Source of the DNA: an uncultured Bdellovibrionales bacterium
Lineage (GTDB): Bacteria > Bdellovibrionota > Bdellovibrionia > Bdellovibrionales > SG-bin7
Length of the DNA: 64,000 nucleotides
Reading direction: 5' to 3'
Assembly (NCBI GenBank): GCA_964498095.1
Contig: CAZCFY010000007.1
Coordinates: forward strand, 114,257-178,256
Positions 27,453 through 35,850 of the stretch are shown piece by piece. Within the stretch, counting starts at the first letter, position 1; each line of letters begins with the position of its first letter. Under the pieces are notes generated by a model, which was not told the DNA's origin, did no database searches, and was given only the letters and a program-made list of their open reading frames with translations. The translations under genes and the position numbers were made by a program.

Positions 27453-28055
27453 ATGAAATCGGGAAGAATAAAAAGGATTGCCATATACATCCGCTGTTCA
27501 ACAACTGAACAAGACACTTCAATGCAATTGCACGATCTTCAGGAATTCACAAAGGCAAGGGGATGGTTAGTTCATAAGGTATATGAAGACTATGCTTCGG
27601 GAACGACTGCTAATCGCAAGGCACTGAAGGAAATGCTTCAAGATGCAAAACAGCGCAAGTTCGATGTCCTAGTAGTTTGGAAGTTGGATCGGCTATTCAG
27701 AAGTCTTCGAGACATGGTGACGACGCTGCACGAACTTGGGGATCTTGGAATTGAGTTCGTGGCACTTCGGGATCAAGTCGATTTGACCACGGCTTCAGGT
27801 CGCCTGATGACACACATGCTTTCAGCCTTTGCAGAATTTGAGGCATCATTGATTCGTGGTCGAGTGGTTGCTGGCTTAGAATCAGCACGAAGGCGCGGCC
27901 AGCGTTTGGGAAGACCAAGGCTGCGAGACGATGACAAGATTCGGTCCTTGCGCCACCAAGGACTGTCAGAACGCCAAATTGCAATCCGACTTGGGATTTC
28001 TAGGGGTGCTGTTCAGCGGTCGCTGCGAGTGGATTCAAAACCCATTCAAGGCTGA
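27453..28055 (+). CDS. Small serine recombinase (resolvase/invertase, Hin/Tn3-resolvase family)
   Basis: IAIYIRCSTTEQ, VVWKLDRLFRSL and a C-terminal HTH (GLSERQIAIRLGISRGAVQR). Confidence 0.9.
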   Translation: MKSGRIKRIAIYIRCSTTEQDTSMQLHDLQEFTKARGWLVHKVYEDYASGTTANRKALKEMLQDAKQRKFDVLVVWKLDRLFRSLRDMVTTLHELGDLGIEFVALRDQVDLTTASGRLMTHMLSAFAEFEASLIRGRVVAGLESARRRGQRLGRPRLRDDDKIRSLRHQGLSERQIAIRLGISRGAVQRSLRVDSKPIQG

Positions 28056-28216
28056 TCTTCCAAGTGACCGAAATTCCAAGGTCTGGATCACAGTATTTTG
28101 CTGGATTCAAAACTGAAGTTTTCGATCCATCGTTCCGCACAAATGTATAACAGGCTGTAACATACTCTGAAATAGTCGGCTCCAATCACCACGATCATTT
28201 CAAAAACGATTCACCC

Positions 28217-28574
28217 GAAACATTGCAACGTCAGCATGTTATGTTTGGCTGACAATCGTGTTTCATGTATTCCAAAAAAAAATGATTTTGGATCACCCCT
28301 AAACATGCTTTTATGTTTGGTCCAATTTAATGGCGAAAAGTGGTCGTATCAATAGGGCTTGGGGTGCCCTGTTTTGCTGTTCTTCCTTGGGGAAAAGCAT
28401 GTTTCGTTATGTTTTGAACATGAACGATCAAACATGCGAAACATGTCAAAGCGTATCCCCACATGGCACCTACTTATACCCCCATTCAAACATAAAAATC
28501 CATGTTTGGTGTAAGGGGGTTTCGGGGGGCTTTATAGGGGGACTTCGAATCAACAGAACATGTTTTATGTTTGG
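28217..28574. repeat. Iteron-like array: eight or more copies or half-copies of CATGTTT/ATGTTTGG in both orientations, in non-coding DNA
   Basis: CATGTTATGTTTGG 28235-28248. CATGCTTTTATGTTTGG 28304-28320. CATGTTTCGTTATGTTTTG 28398-28416. Inverted CATGTTTCGCATGTTTG 28429-28445. CAAACAT/CATGTTTGG 28487-28509. CATGTTTTATGTTTGG 28559-28574. Confidence 0.6.
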
Positions 28575-28622
28575 TTGGTTCTTTTTGTTTGTAGCTTGCC
28601 AAGTACTAAAATCGCAGCATGG

Positions 28623-29288
28623 TTACGCTTGAATCAGTTGGCACTCACCAGCGCCAATAACTTCTGGTGAATACCTATCGAGAGTAAAGCTGCCGTCTTT
28701 TCTGGTTGCAGAGAACAAAAGTGGCATTTCAAAGTTTCCACAAGTATTTCGAATTTCATTTGAGTTTTTATTTCTGGGCGGATGAAGCTGAAAGTTGTCG
28801 CTTTTAATTTCACCGGCAACTCGTTGCTTGTACCACTTTGCACATATTGATCGAAATACTCGGTCTTTGTCCGTTCTCACACACCAGATTCGACATCTCT
28901 TATTTCCAGTATTGGGTTCGTCATCCCACAGCACGAAATAGATATGGGGAATGTCATCGAGTGCGGATACGCTGAGATCTTTTCGCGATGTTTCCGATTT
29001 TCGGCCAGAAGGAATAACTCCATTGAAGCGAGGAGTATCAATTGCTTCCCAACAATTTGCGGCTTTTACGTCAGATCCATCTTCAAGGTCTGAGCCTTTT
29101 TTTTGAGCAAGTCCCTTTTTTCCTGTCAGTACTGAAACAAGGATTTGAGACCATGCTCTCGAATCACTTGGAATGGGTTGGCCGTATTTGTTAGCTAGAG
29201 GATGTACTTCATAAAATGCTTTGTGATGGGTGTTCAGAAGTCGGATAGCTTCGGATATGTTTTCTGGTTGTGATCCTCTAGGTGGCAT
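28623..29288 (-). CDS. Putative type II restriction endonuclease (PD-(D/E)xK, PvuII-like core)
   Basis: WSQILVSVLTGKKGLAQKKGSDLEDGSDVKAAN parallels the PvuII segment [33 protein letters not shown], which I recalled from memory. The gene is divergent from the adjacent MTase. Confidence 0.55.
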   Translation of the reverse strand: MPPRGSQPENISEAIRLLNTHHKAFYEVHPLANKYGQPIPSDSRAWSQILVSVLTGKKGLAQKKGSDLEDGSDVKAANCWEAIDTPRFNGVIPSGRKSETSRKDLSVSALDDIPHIYFVLWDDEPNTGNKRCRIWCVRTDKDRVFRSICAKWYKQRVAGEIKSDNFQLHPPRNKNSNEIRNTCGNFEMPLLFSATRKDGSFTLDRYSPEVIGAGECQLIQA

Positions 29289-29416
29289 ACGACCACTGGT
29301 CGGAATTTTGCTAACATTTCTGAAGGACTTAACTCATCGCAAAAATTTCGGATGCGGATCGTGATCCATATACAAGGCTTAGATATTGGTCTAGGCTTTT
29401 CACAAACGAGGTAACC

Positions 29417-31318
29417 ATGACCAAGGTAAACAACTTAGAAAAGCATCTACTAGAATTTGCAGACTATATTTATGCACACACCGCGCTAAAGCCCATGTCT
29501 AAAACGTTATTTTTTGTTTCTAGACTTCTTCTGGTGATGAAGCACTCCTCAAAATTGAACAAAGCAATTGAAATGGGTAGATCACCGTCAATTGACGAGT
29601 TGGTTAAGGAATATAACTTAGTCAGAAAAAAGTTCTCGCTCAATGAAGACGACTACGACCTAACTCAAGTACTCACTGATATTGAGCCTCAACTTGAAAT
29701 GGTTTTGAGTTTTCTGGTGAAAATCCACCAATTATCTGCCGACTTTGACGTATTAGGGCTAGCCTTCAACTCATTGTTAAGAGGGAAGTTTGAGGCGGGA
29801 GAAGGACTGGGCACTCATTTGACCCCAGAAGAGGTCGTTGTTCCAACTATTGAAATGGCGATAAGTGCGATGGATAAGAAGGCGCTCAAAGGGCTTCTAT
29901 CGGAAAAAAGCGAGCTAATTGCCGGAGACATTACAGGGGGAACAGGGAGATTCATGTTCCACCTAGTAAAAGCACTGGAGAAGAAGAAAAACGCCTCGCT
30001 TTCGATTATAAATAAAGTATTCCTTTATGACCAATCAAAAATTCACACTGAGTTTTGCGAAATAAATTTTCTCTTAGAGAGTGAGTTCAAGCCGAAGTGT
30101 TACTGTGTTTCTGATTCACTGACCAGCTCCGCACTTGATAAACATAAGGGCAAGTTCGCGCTGTTGCTGACTAACCCACCATTCGGAGTGAATAAGTATT
30201 CTTACAGTGAAATGGTTAAGAATCATTTTAACGAGAAGATTCTAAAGTTTTTCAATTTCAATGTCGCCGGTGCCACGATTGATCCGGCTTGGTTATTTAT
30301 TGTTAAAAACTTGGATTTATTAGCTGACGGCGGAGTGCTTGGGATTGTTTTGCCAAACGGAATCGCCCATTCAGAGGAGTTGATTCGCTTGTTTAATAGC
30401 TATGAGACATTGAACCAAGTCGAACTTTCTGTGTGTGGAGTATTTTCTTTGCCCACTGTGACCTTTGCCCTTGGCGGCACCGTCGCGAAAACCACAGTGC
30501 TTCTAATTGGCAAGAATACCGAATTCAAAAAGCTGGCAACGGCAACAGTTGAACATATCGGTTTTGAGAAAAGTGGCAATAAGCGCACCGAATCTGTGCA
30601 TGGAAATCAGCTTATGGACGTTGCAAAAGAGTTTATTGCGGGTGAAAATAGCAAATTGTTAACGTGGTCAGATAGCTGGAGAGATTTTGCAAGACTCTCC
30701 CCAGATTTAATCCAATTCAAATCTAGAAAAAATCAGAATAGTTCATTGGAAATGGAATCGCTTGAGAGCCTTGTGTCCCACAGGAGAGACTTTGGTAAAA
30801 TTCAAAAAAACTCTCAATCGAAGCATCTACACATTTCAATTCTTGATATTGATGAAACCGGACTAATTGATGTGAGATCTTGTTTGGCGCAAGCACCTGT
30901 TACACAGCCACTTGTTTGTGAGCCAGGAGATATTTTGGTATCTTGCTTGAACCCAAATATTTGGAGAGCGACGTTCATTCCAGAATTGCCTAATACAACT
31001 TGGACTTGTAGCCCTGAATTTGCTGTCCTAAAGCCTAAAAAGATCGGCCAGCTTCATTCAGCTAAGTTATTCCTTTTGATTCAACAACACGCTGTTAGAA
31101 GCCAAGTTGTTTCCTTAGGAAGAGGGACATCTTCAAGCAGACAGAGAGTGAAGAAAACAGATCTTAACCATGTCGATGTGCCTATTCTGTCCTTAGCGGA
31201 TACAACGGTTAAAAACTTTCTAAAAAGTCGAATGGATTTTTATAAAAACAGAATGACGGAACTAGAGTTTATGCGTGAATTGAGTGCGGGTTCTGCTGTG
31301 GAATTGAGTCTGAGCTAA
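29417..31318 (+). CDS. N6-adenine DNA methyltransferase (gamma class) with a C-terminal target-recognition region
   Basis: Motif I GDITGGTGRFMF precedes motif IV LLLTNPPFGV. 633 aa. Confidence 0.85.
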   Translation: MTKVNNLEKHLLEFADYIYAHTALKPMSKTLFFVSRLLLVMKHSSKLNKAIEMGRSPSIDELVKEYNLVRKKFSLNEDDYDLTQVLTDIEPQLEMVLSFLVKIHQLSADFDVLGLAFNSLLRGKFEAGEGLGTHLTPEEVVVPTIEMAISAMDKKALKGLLSEKSELIAGDITGGTGRFMFHLVKALEKKKNASLSIINKVFLYDQSKIHTEFCEINFLLESEFKPKCYCVSDSLTSSALDKHKGKFALLLTNPPFGVNKYSYSEMVKNHFNEKILKFFNFNVAGATIDPAWLFIVKNLDLLADGGVLGIVLPNGIAHSEELIRLFNSYETLNQVELSVCGVFSLPTVTFALGGTVAKTTVLLIGKNTEFKKLATATVEHIGFEKSGNKRTESVHGNQLMDVAKEFIAGENSKLLTWSDSWRDFARLSPDLIQFKSRKNQNSSLEMESLESLVSHRRDFGKIQKNSQSKHLHISILDIDETGLIDVRSCLAQAPVTQPLVCEPGDILVSCLNPNIWRATFIPELPNTTWTCSPEFAVLKPKKIGQLHSAKLFLLIQQHAVRSQVVSLGRGTSSSRQRVKKTDLNHVDVPILSLADTTVKNFLKSRMDFYKNRMTELEFMRELSAGSAVELSLS

Positions 31319-31356
31319 ACTATTTCGACCGCTTCATTCGCTTTGAACCGAGCGGC

Positions 31357-31385
31357 TGGGCACGGCTTGGGCACATGATGGGCAC
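31357..31385 (+). repeat. Three TGGGCAC direct repeats at exact 11-bp phasing
   Basis: TGGGCAC at 31357-31363, 31368-31374 and 31379-31385, about 260 bp inside the right end of the element. Confidence 0.5.
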
Positions 31386-31496
31386 GAAATCGAGTGCGGC
31401 CATGAATGTTCAGAAACAATGTGATTGCAAGGGGTTGGTTAGGCAGCATGTGATAGGCAATCATTCCGAAAGCTGTCTATTCGTGTCCGCCAAAAT

Positions 31497-31527
31497 AAAA
31501 AAGCTCACTGAAGGTGGGCTTTTTTTA
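31497..31527 (+). terminator. Rho-independent terminator downstream of the MTase
   Basis: AGCTCAC-tgaag-GTGGGCT forms a stem with one G-U pair, flanked by an A-run and a T7 run. Confidence 0.5.
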
Positions 31528-31643
31528 TTTTGTTGGCAAGGTAGCGATAAGAACTCAGACGAGGGGTTCGATCAAAATAGCACAATGCTATTTTGGCGCG
31601 TAGCCTTGAGCGGAGCGAAAGGTCGAGGGCAGGAGCCCGAGAC

Positions 31644-31668
31644 AATCCCTTCCTCTCCGCCACTTTAG
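31644..31668. repeat. Right direct repeat (att-like), a copy of the tRNA-Ser 3' end
   Basis: AATCCCTTCCTCTCCGCCAcTTTAG. The sequence upstream of it is not tRNA-like. Confidence 0.8.
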
Positions 31669-31814
31669 CCACAATCGGCCTTAATAATTTGGTCTACTAT
31701 GACTATTCCTTCTTATTTTGAGACACTTGCGTGTGCCATATAAGGTAATTTTTTTTACGGGCTTAATTCAAAATAGAAACCAGGTTCATGAATTTTTTAA
31801 ATCGTTAGATAGGA

Positions 31815-33002
31815 TTGTTTACGAGGAATGTATTTAAAGTAACAGCTCCATTACTAGCATTTGTTTTATTTGGCAGCCCCTCTTTAGTTTGGGGTAAAGC
31901 ACCCGAATTAGAAAAGAAACTGAAACATTATAATAGCCCTGAAAGAGTGGGCCGAAGACAATTTAATCAGTATGTTCTTGAACTCGAATCACGCACCTCA
32001 TCGCTGGCTCCGCAAGACGAAGAGCGGTTCCTAAAAGAGTCGGTCGAACGAAAAATCTATAAGTCTAAAGAGAAAGCGAAGGAGGCCCTGGAAGCGCTAA
32101 AAGGACGACTTAAAGTTAGATTAGCGAGTCTTAAAACGCAAATTGGCTTCACCACTAGCGCAAGTCCGACTCTCAAGCCATACGAAAATAGTGGTCCAAC
32201 CAGAAATACCATTGGCTTTAGCAAAGCGGCAGATCCGACCCCGATTCGCTCCTCAAGCGATGAATTATTGAAAGAGCCTCATAAGGTCGGCTTTAACGTG
32301 ACAACCGATAAGGAGAGTCAAGCTCCATCGCCGACTCTTCCGCAATATATTAATTCAATGAAAATAGAACCAAAGGCCATAGCTATTAACGTCGACCCAA
32401 CGGCTTTACAGGCGGAGCTGGCGGCAGACCCAGCGAACAAATCTAAACCTATTCACGAAATGGTAAGACGTCTTTTTAATATATTGCCTTCAGAAAACTG
32501 GCCGCGCATTTACGTACTCAGCGAAGGTCATAAGCCTACACCCCCGGAATCTTTAAAATATAGTACTATGACGATAAAAGAGCTTTCCTCCGAGGTAACC
32601 ATTGGCGAGGTTTTTAAAAAGACGATTCAATGGATTGGAAAGGCTAAGAACGTGACATTTAGAATACCTCTTGAGGGGCTGACTCCTGAAAAAATAGATA
32701 CGATTTTTAATACCGCAAAAGGTGAAAAAGGCCCCGCAGGAAGTGGTGCAAAAACGCTTGGGGGATTTTTGACTTCCCTAGTGATGGCAACGAGTGCAGA
32801 GGTGTTAGCCCAGGAAGTTGATCAAAATCACTCCGTAACAGAGGCAGGTTCGTTAGTCGAAAGAACGTTCGGAATTGCCTTTGGTGATCTTGGCAAACCT
32901 ATGGTAGATTTTGGGCAATCTGCTGGTGATCTCATTGGAGATTCCGGCAAATATATTTATCGCCAGCTTCGGCCCGCCGCAAAACCGTCAGAGGCGAAAT
33001 AA
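31815..33002 (+). CDS. Secreted hypothetical protein
   Basis: TTG start, signal peptide (APLLAFVLFGSPSLVWG), no recognisable domain. Confidence 0.4.
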   Translation: MFTRNVFKVTAPLLAFVLFGSPSLVWGKAPELEKKLKHYNSPERVGRRQFNQYVLELESRTSSLAPQDEERFLKESVERKIYKSKEKAKEALEALKGRLKVRLASLKTQIGFTTSASPTLKPYENSGPTRNTIGFSKAADPTPIRSSSDELLKEPHKVGFNVTTDKESQAPSPTLPQYINSMKIEPKAIAINVDPTALQAELAADPANKSKPIHEMVRRLFNILPSENWPRIYVLSEGHKPTPPESLKYSTMTIKELSSEVTIGEVFKKTIQWIGKAKNVTFRIPLEGLTPEKIDTIFNTAKGEKGPAGSGAKTLGGFLTSLVMATSAEVLAQEVDQNHSVTEAGSLVERTFGIAFGDLGKPMVDFGQSAGDLIGDSGKYIYRQLRPAAKPSEAK

Positions 33003-33052
33003 TTTGGAGCCGCTAATAATAGCTACTGGAATAGTACTCGCCTCGGCTTCTA

Positions 33053-34663
33053 CTAGTGGGCCCACGTTTCTATTTTCCTTAAGGAAATATCAAAGCGCTG
33101 TTGGGGAATAGGGTAATCAAAAATCCAAACCTTGATTTCTTCAGAGAGTTCAATGTCAGCATTTAAACTCTGTCCCTGGCCTGCAGCGTGAAGAGCAGAA
33201 AGCTCGTAACAGGCCTTGATGGCGCGAAGTACGTTTTCATGTCGTGACGGATTATCACTCCAACGAAAGAGCCGTAAACCTTCTAAGGCCATCCATTCGT
33301 CAGCAGCGACTTCGCTTGAACCCCTTTTGGCATGTCCAACTTCATGAAGCAGCATCGCAATTAAAGCTTCGTACGAATATGGAATTGGTCCCGCTGATAA
33401 GGTAATACCACGTGTAGGGTGCCAACTTCCGCCGGTGCGCTGGCCGTTGTCGTCCCAACTTAAAGTGATGCTAGTGCCAAACTGCGTCTGAATCTGCTTA
33501 ATCGCCCTCTCTGCAATTTCGCGCGTAAGTAGGGGCATGTCTTCTGGCTTTCTCAGACCAAGTTCTTTCGGCCTACTTATTATTTCATTTATTTCTCTAC
33601 CTAAGACTTTTCTTGAATATGTGGTTTTAGACTCCTGTACGTAATTCGCGAGGGACCGCAGTAAAGTTGGCAACCCCCCTCGTCGCTTTATCTCCTCGTC
33701 CAGTGCCTTACCTAATGGCTCAGGCGCATGCATTCGGAAGATTGCTAAAAAGAGATAAGCATCGACAACACTAAGAAAGCGTTCGTAATAAAATTTTCCA
33801 CTGAGTGCCCCTTGTTTTTCCATGGCGTCCTGAAGGACCTTTGCGAAGCTCTGCCGGCCTGAGTAAAACCATTTGGTTAACAATCCGTCCTGTAATTCAA
33901 GAGCAAAAGAGCGCAGTGTTTTTGCTAAGACTTCGTAAAAATTTGCTTGAGATCGTAGAGAATACATTGTGCGGGCCATTAATAAGCCCGCCATATATGG
34001 ATCTGTAGTTGGAACCTTTCCAAACGAACCATTAACTAAGTTATCTGCCGAAGCCTGATTAATGGTATCAAATCTATCGGCGTAATAAGAATTTGATTTT
34101 TCTGATTTGTCCTCGTCGCTCACGCCACGAAGATCCCGCATAGGTTGACCTAAAACTACATCTGAGTAACCCGCAGCTCTTCTGCTTTCGCCAAGGTAAC
34201 CTAACCGCGACGTTAGTGCAGAAAGGAGGTCCGCAAGCCCCTCAATAATAGATTTGTGACTATCTATTGGCACTTTAAAAAGTGAGGTCATTGTCAGGTA
34301 AGCTAGCTCTCGATACAGAATTGTTCGATCAGATAAGTTCAATGTAACGCCAGAAACATTAATCACCGGTGATTTGCCAGTAGTGGACGCCTCCACGTGA
34401 TCGTTGTCGCCAGACACTTTGTCGAAAGTTATCGACTCAGGAGTAACCGAAGTCCAACCCAAAGATTTCAATTTGGAAAAAAAGGTGCGCGTCTCGTTAC
34501 GCAACCAGGCCTTCTCGCCTGCTGAAAAAACTCCTGGCTCAGTAAGAATCACATGTGGTTCAGCGCTCCCATAAAAAAGAGTACCGCAAATGTTGGAATT
34601 TGCCACGAAAGGAATTGCAATCAAGACGCAGATTTTTAGCCGCAGCCTTCGCATAAGGTTCAT
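33053..34663 (-). CDS. Secreted protein with a C-terminal HExxH (HEVGH) metalloprotease-like motif
   Basis: Start set at MNLMRRLRLKICVLIAIPFVANS (signal peptide), which avoids overlap with the upstream ORF. HEVGH lies near the C-terminus. Confidence 0.45.
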   Translation of the reverse strand: MNLMRRLRLKICVLIAIPFVANSNICGTLFYGSAEPHVILTEPGVFSAGEKAWLRNETRTFFSKLKSLGWTSVTPESITFDKVSGDNDHVEASTTGKSPVINVSGVTLNLSDRTILYRELAYLTMTSLFKVPIDSHKSIIEGLADLLSALTSRLGYLGESRRAAGYSDVVLGQPMRDLRGVSDEDKSEKSNSYYADRFDTINQASADNLVNGSFGKVPTTDPYMAGLLMARTMYSLRSQANFYEVLAKTLRSFALELQDGLLTKWFYSGRQSFAKVLQDAMEKQGALSGKFYYERFLSVVDAYLFLAIFRMHAPEPLGKALDEEIKRRGGLPTLLRSLANYVQESKTTYSRKVLGREINEIISRPKELGLRKPEDMPLLTREIAERAIKQIQTQFGTSITLSWDDNGQRTGGSWHPTRGITLSAGPIPYSYEALIAMLLHEVGHAKRGSSEVAADEWMALEGLRLFRWSDNPSRHENVLRAIKACYELSALHAAGQGQSLNADIELSEEIKVWIFDYPIPQQRFDISLRKIETWAH

Positions 34664-34716
34664 CCTCGTCCGCATGTGTTCAAGAAGGGTGCCAATGTTA
34701 AAAAAGATGGCAGGAA

Positions 34717-35049
34717 TTAATTCTGTACCTCTTCCAAAAGTTTTATGTCGTCGCTGCATTTGGGGGTTAAGCGAATTGTAGTCTGGCAATTTTCCACTAT
34801 GGTATTAACGCCATCTTCCGAATATACTAAACCTCCAAGGTGTTCCATCTTAAGAGTGCCGTCAGAATACTGTCTGTAAAAAACAGCATATTCCGCAAGC
34901 GTTGGAGAGTCTTCAATCGGAAAGCAGAGGCAATATTTTTTGATGAGTTTAGGTTTTGAAACTGGATCTTTGGATTCAGGATGGGCAAACAGGTTCAACG
35001 AGTAAAGCAGCCCAAAAATGACCGTAAGTTGTCCTATAGATTTCATCAT
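34717..35049 (-). CDS. Small secreted hypothetical protein
   Basis: Signal peptide MMKSIGQLTVIFGLLYSLNLFA. 110 aa. Confidence 0.35.
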   Translation of the reverse strand: MMKSIGQLTVIFGLLYSLNLFAHPESKDPVSKPKLIKKYCLCFPIEDSPTLAEYAVFYRQYSDGTLKMEHLGGLVYSEDGVNTIVENCQTTIRLTPKCSDDIKLLEEVQN

Positions 35050-35285
35050 GGCTCCAATTTCATGTCGTTAATGACCGTATTTATATAACTGAAGACAAGA
35101 TTTTTTATCTTTATTTTGGCACGATTCCAATAAATCACGCCCGTAGGTGACCCCTAAAATACAGTGCCAACACCCTTTACTTTGCTGGGGGTTAATCGTC
35201 TCTGAGTTACGCGCTTCATGGTGGGCGCCGTGTCCATTGACTAACAACTTCTTCTCAGTATGATTTATTCATTATTATAGAAGCT

Positions 35286-35831
35286 ATGGTAAATTCTTTT
35301 CTTTTGGTTTTTGTCAGTGAAATGGGTGATAAAACTCAGCTCCTTGCGCTCGTTCTCGCCGCACGGTTTCGCAAGCCAGTTCCTATTATGTTGGGAATTT
35401 TGGTAGCAACACTTTTAAATCATGCCCTCGCAAGCTATGCGGGGGCTTTAGTCACAAATTACGTTTCCGCCGAGGTATTAAAGTGGATACTTGCCCTAAC
35501 GTTCATCGGCTTTGGATTGTGGATGTTGATGCCCGATAATGATGAGGGGTTTGAAGACAAACATGGTTGGGGACCATTTTTGACAACCACAGTGGCCTTC
35601 TTTTTTGCGGAGATGGGCGACAAAACTCAATTGGCTACTGTCGCACTCGGCGCCAAATATGCCGCTCCCATTATGGTGACTGTTGGGACGACTTTAGGAA
35701 TGTTGGGTGCTGACGGACTTGCCGTAATTTTTGGTCACAAGTTTACCGAAAGAGTTCCGATGAAATTGGTTCACAGAATAGCTAGTGCACTGTTTATTTT
35801 ATTTGGTATTGGGATTCTCGTAGGCTTCTAG
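35286..35831 (+). CDS. UPF0016/GDT1 (TMEM165) family cation (Mn2+/Ca2+) transporter
   Basis: Two E-x-G-D-K-T-Q motifs (SEMGDKTQ and AEMGDKTQ) in a 6-TM protein. Confidence 0.8.
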   Translation: MVNSFLLVFVSEMGDKTQLLALVLAARFRKPVPIMLGILVATLLNHALASYAGALVTNYVSAEVLKWILALTFIGFGLWMLMPDNDEGFEDKHGWGPFLTTTVAFFFAEMGDKTQLATVALGAKYAAPIMVTVGTTLGMLGADGLAVIFGHKFTERVPMKLVHRIASALFILFGIGILVGF

Positions 35832-35850
35832 CGGGCGCGCCCGACAGCAA

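Larger units (their letters stand above)
23027..31668. mobile_element. ~8.6-kb integrated element at tRNA-Ser(GGA): serine recombinases, regulators, iteron array, type II R-M cargo
   Basis: Flanking direct repeats and an integrase adjacent to the tRNA. Hand GC counts on a few 60-nt lines gave ~28-37% inside against ~47% in a flanking gene; this is rough and not computed over the whole region. Confidence 0.75.

Noticed and set aside
28217-28574. Reading the CATGTTT/ATGTTTGG repeats as a CRISPR array or a ToxI-like type III antitoxin RNA array.
   Set aside because: The copies are short (9-19 nt), irregularly spaced (58-103 bp), and occur in both orientations. There is no constant repeat-spacer periodicity or tandem unit, and no cas or toxN-like gene is adjacent.
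28330-28632. The 100-aa ORF (and the 61-aa ORFs at 27931-28185) inside the resolvase/nuclease gap.
   Set aside because: The sequence is dominated by the repeat motifs. It has no RBS and an odd Cys/Phe/Gly-rich composition. It is most likely a non-coding regulatory or origin region.
31556-31575. A T-arm-like GAGGGGTTCGATC, suggesting a second tRNA or a tRNA fragment at the right end.
   Set aside because: There is no complementary 3' T-stem, no acceptor stem and no anticodon arm around it. Only the 19-25-nt att copy is tRNA-derived.
23046-31643. Interpreting the element as a prophage, a transposon or an ICE.
   Set aside because: I checked all six frames of the supplied track. There are no capsid, tail, terminase, lysis, transposase (DDE) or relaxase/T4SS-like ORFs, and the size is only 8.6 kb.
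31375-31668. The 97-aa ORF ending exactly in the right att repeat.
   Set aside because: It reads through a clear rho-independent terminator (31497-31527) and through the palindrome and att repeat. There is no RBS and no motif.
35101-35285. Possible yybP-ykoY (manganese) riboswitch in the 236-bp leader of the GDT1/UPF0016 transporter gene.
   Set aside because: This gene family is often controlled by that riboswitch, and the leader can form helices (CTGAG...CTCAG and GCGC...GCGC). However, I could not find the conserved GGGGAGUAG and AGCAAGACC-type loop motifs; only the weak resemblances CTGGGGGTTAATCG and CCATTGACTAAC are present. A covariance-model scan (Rfam RF00080) is needed, and I make no call without it.
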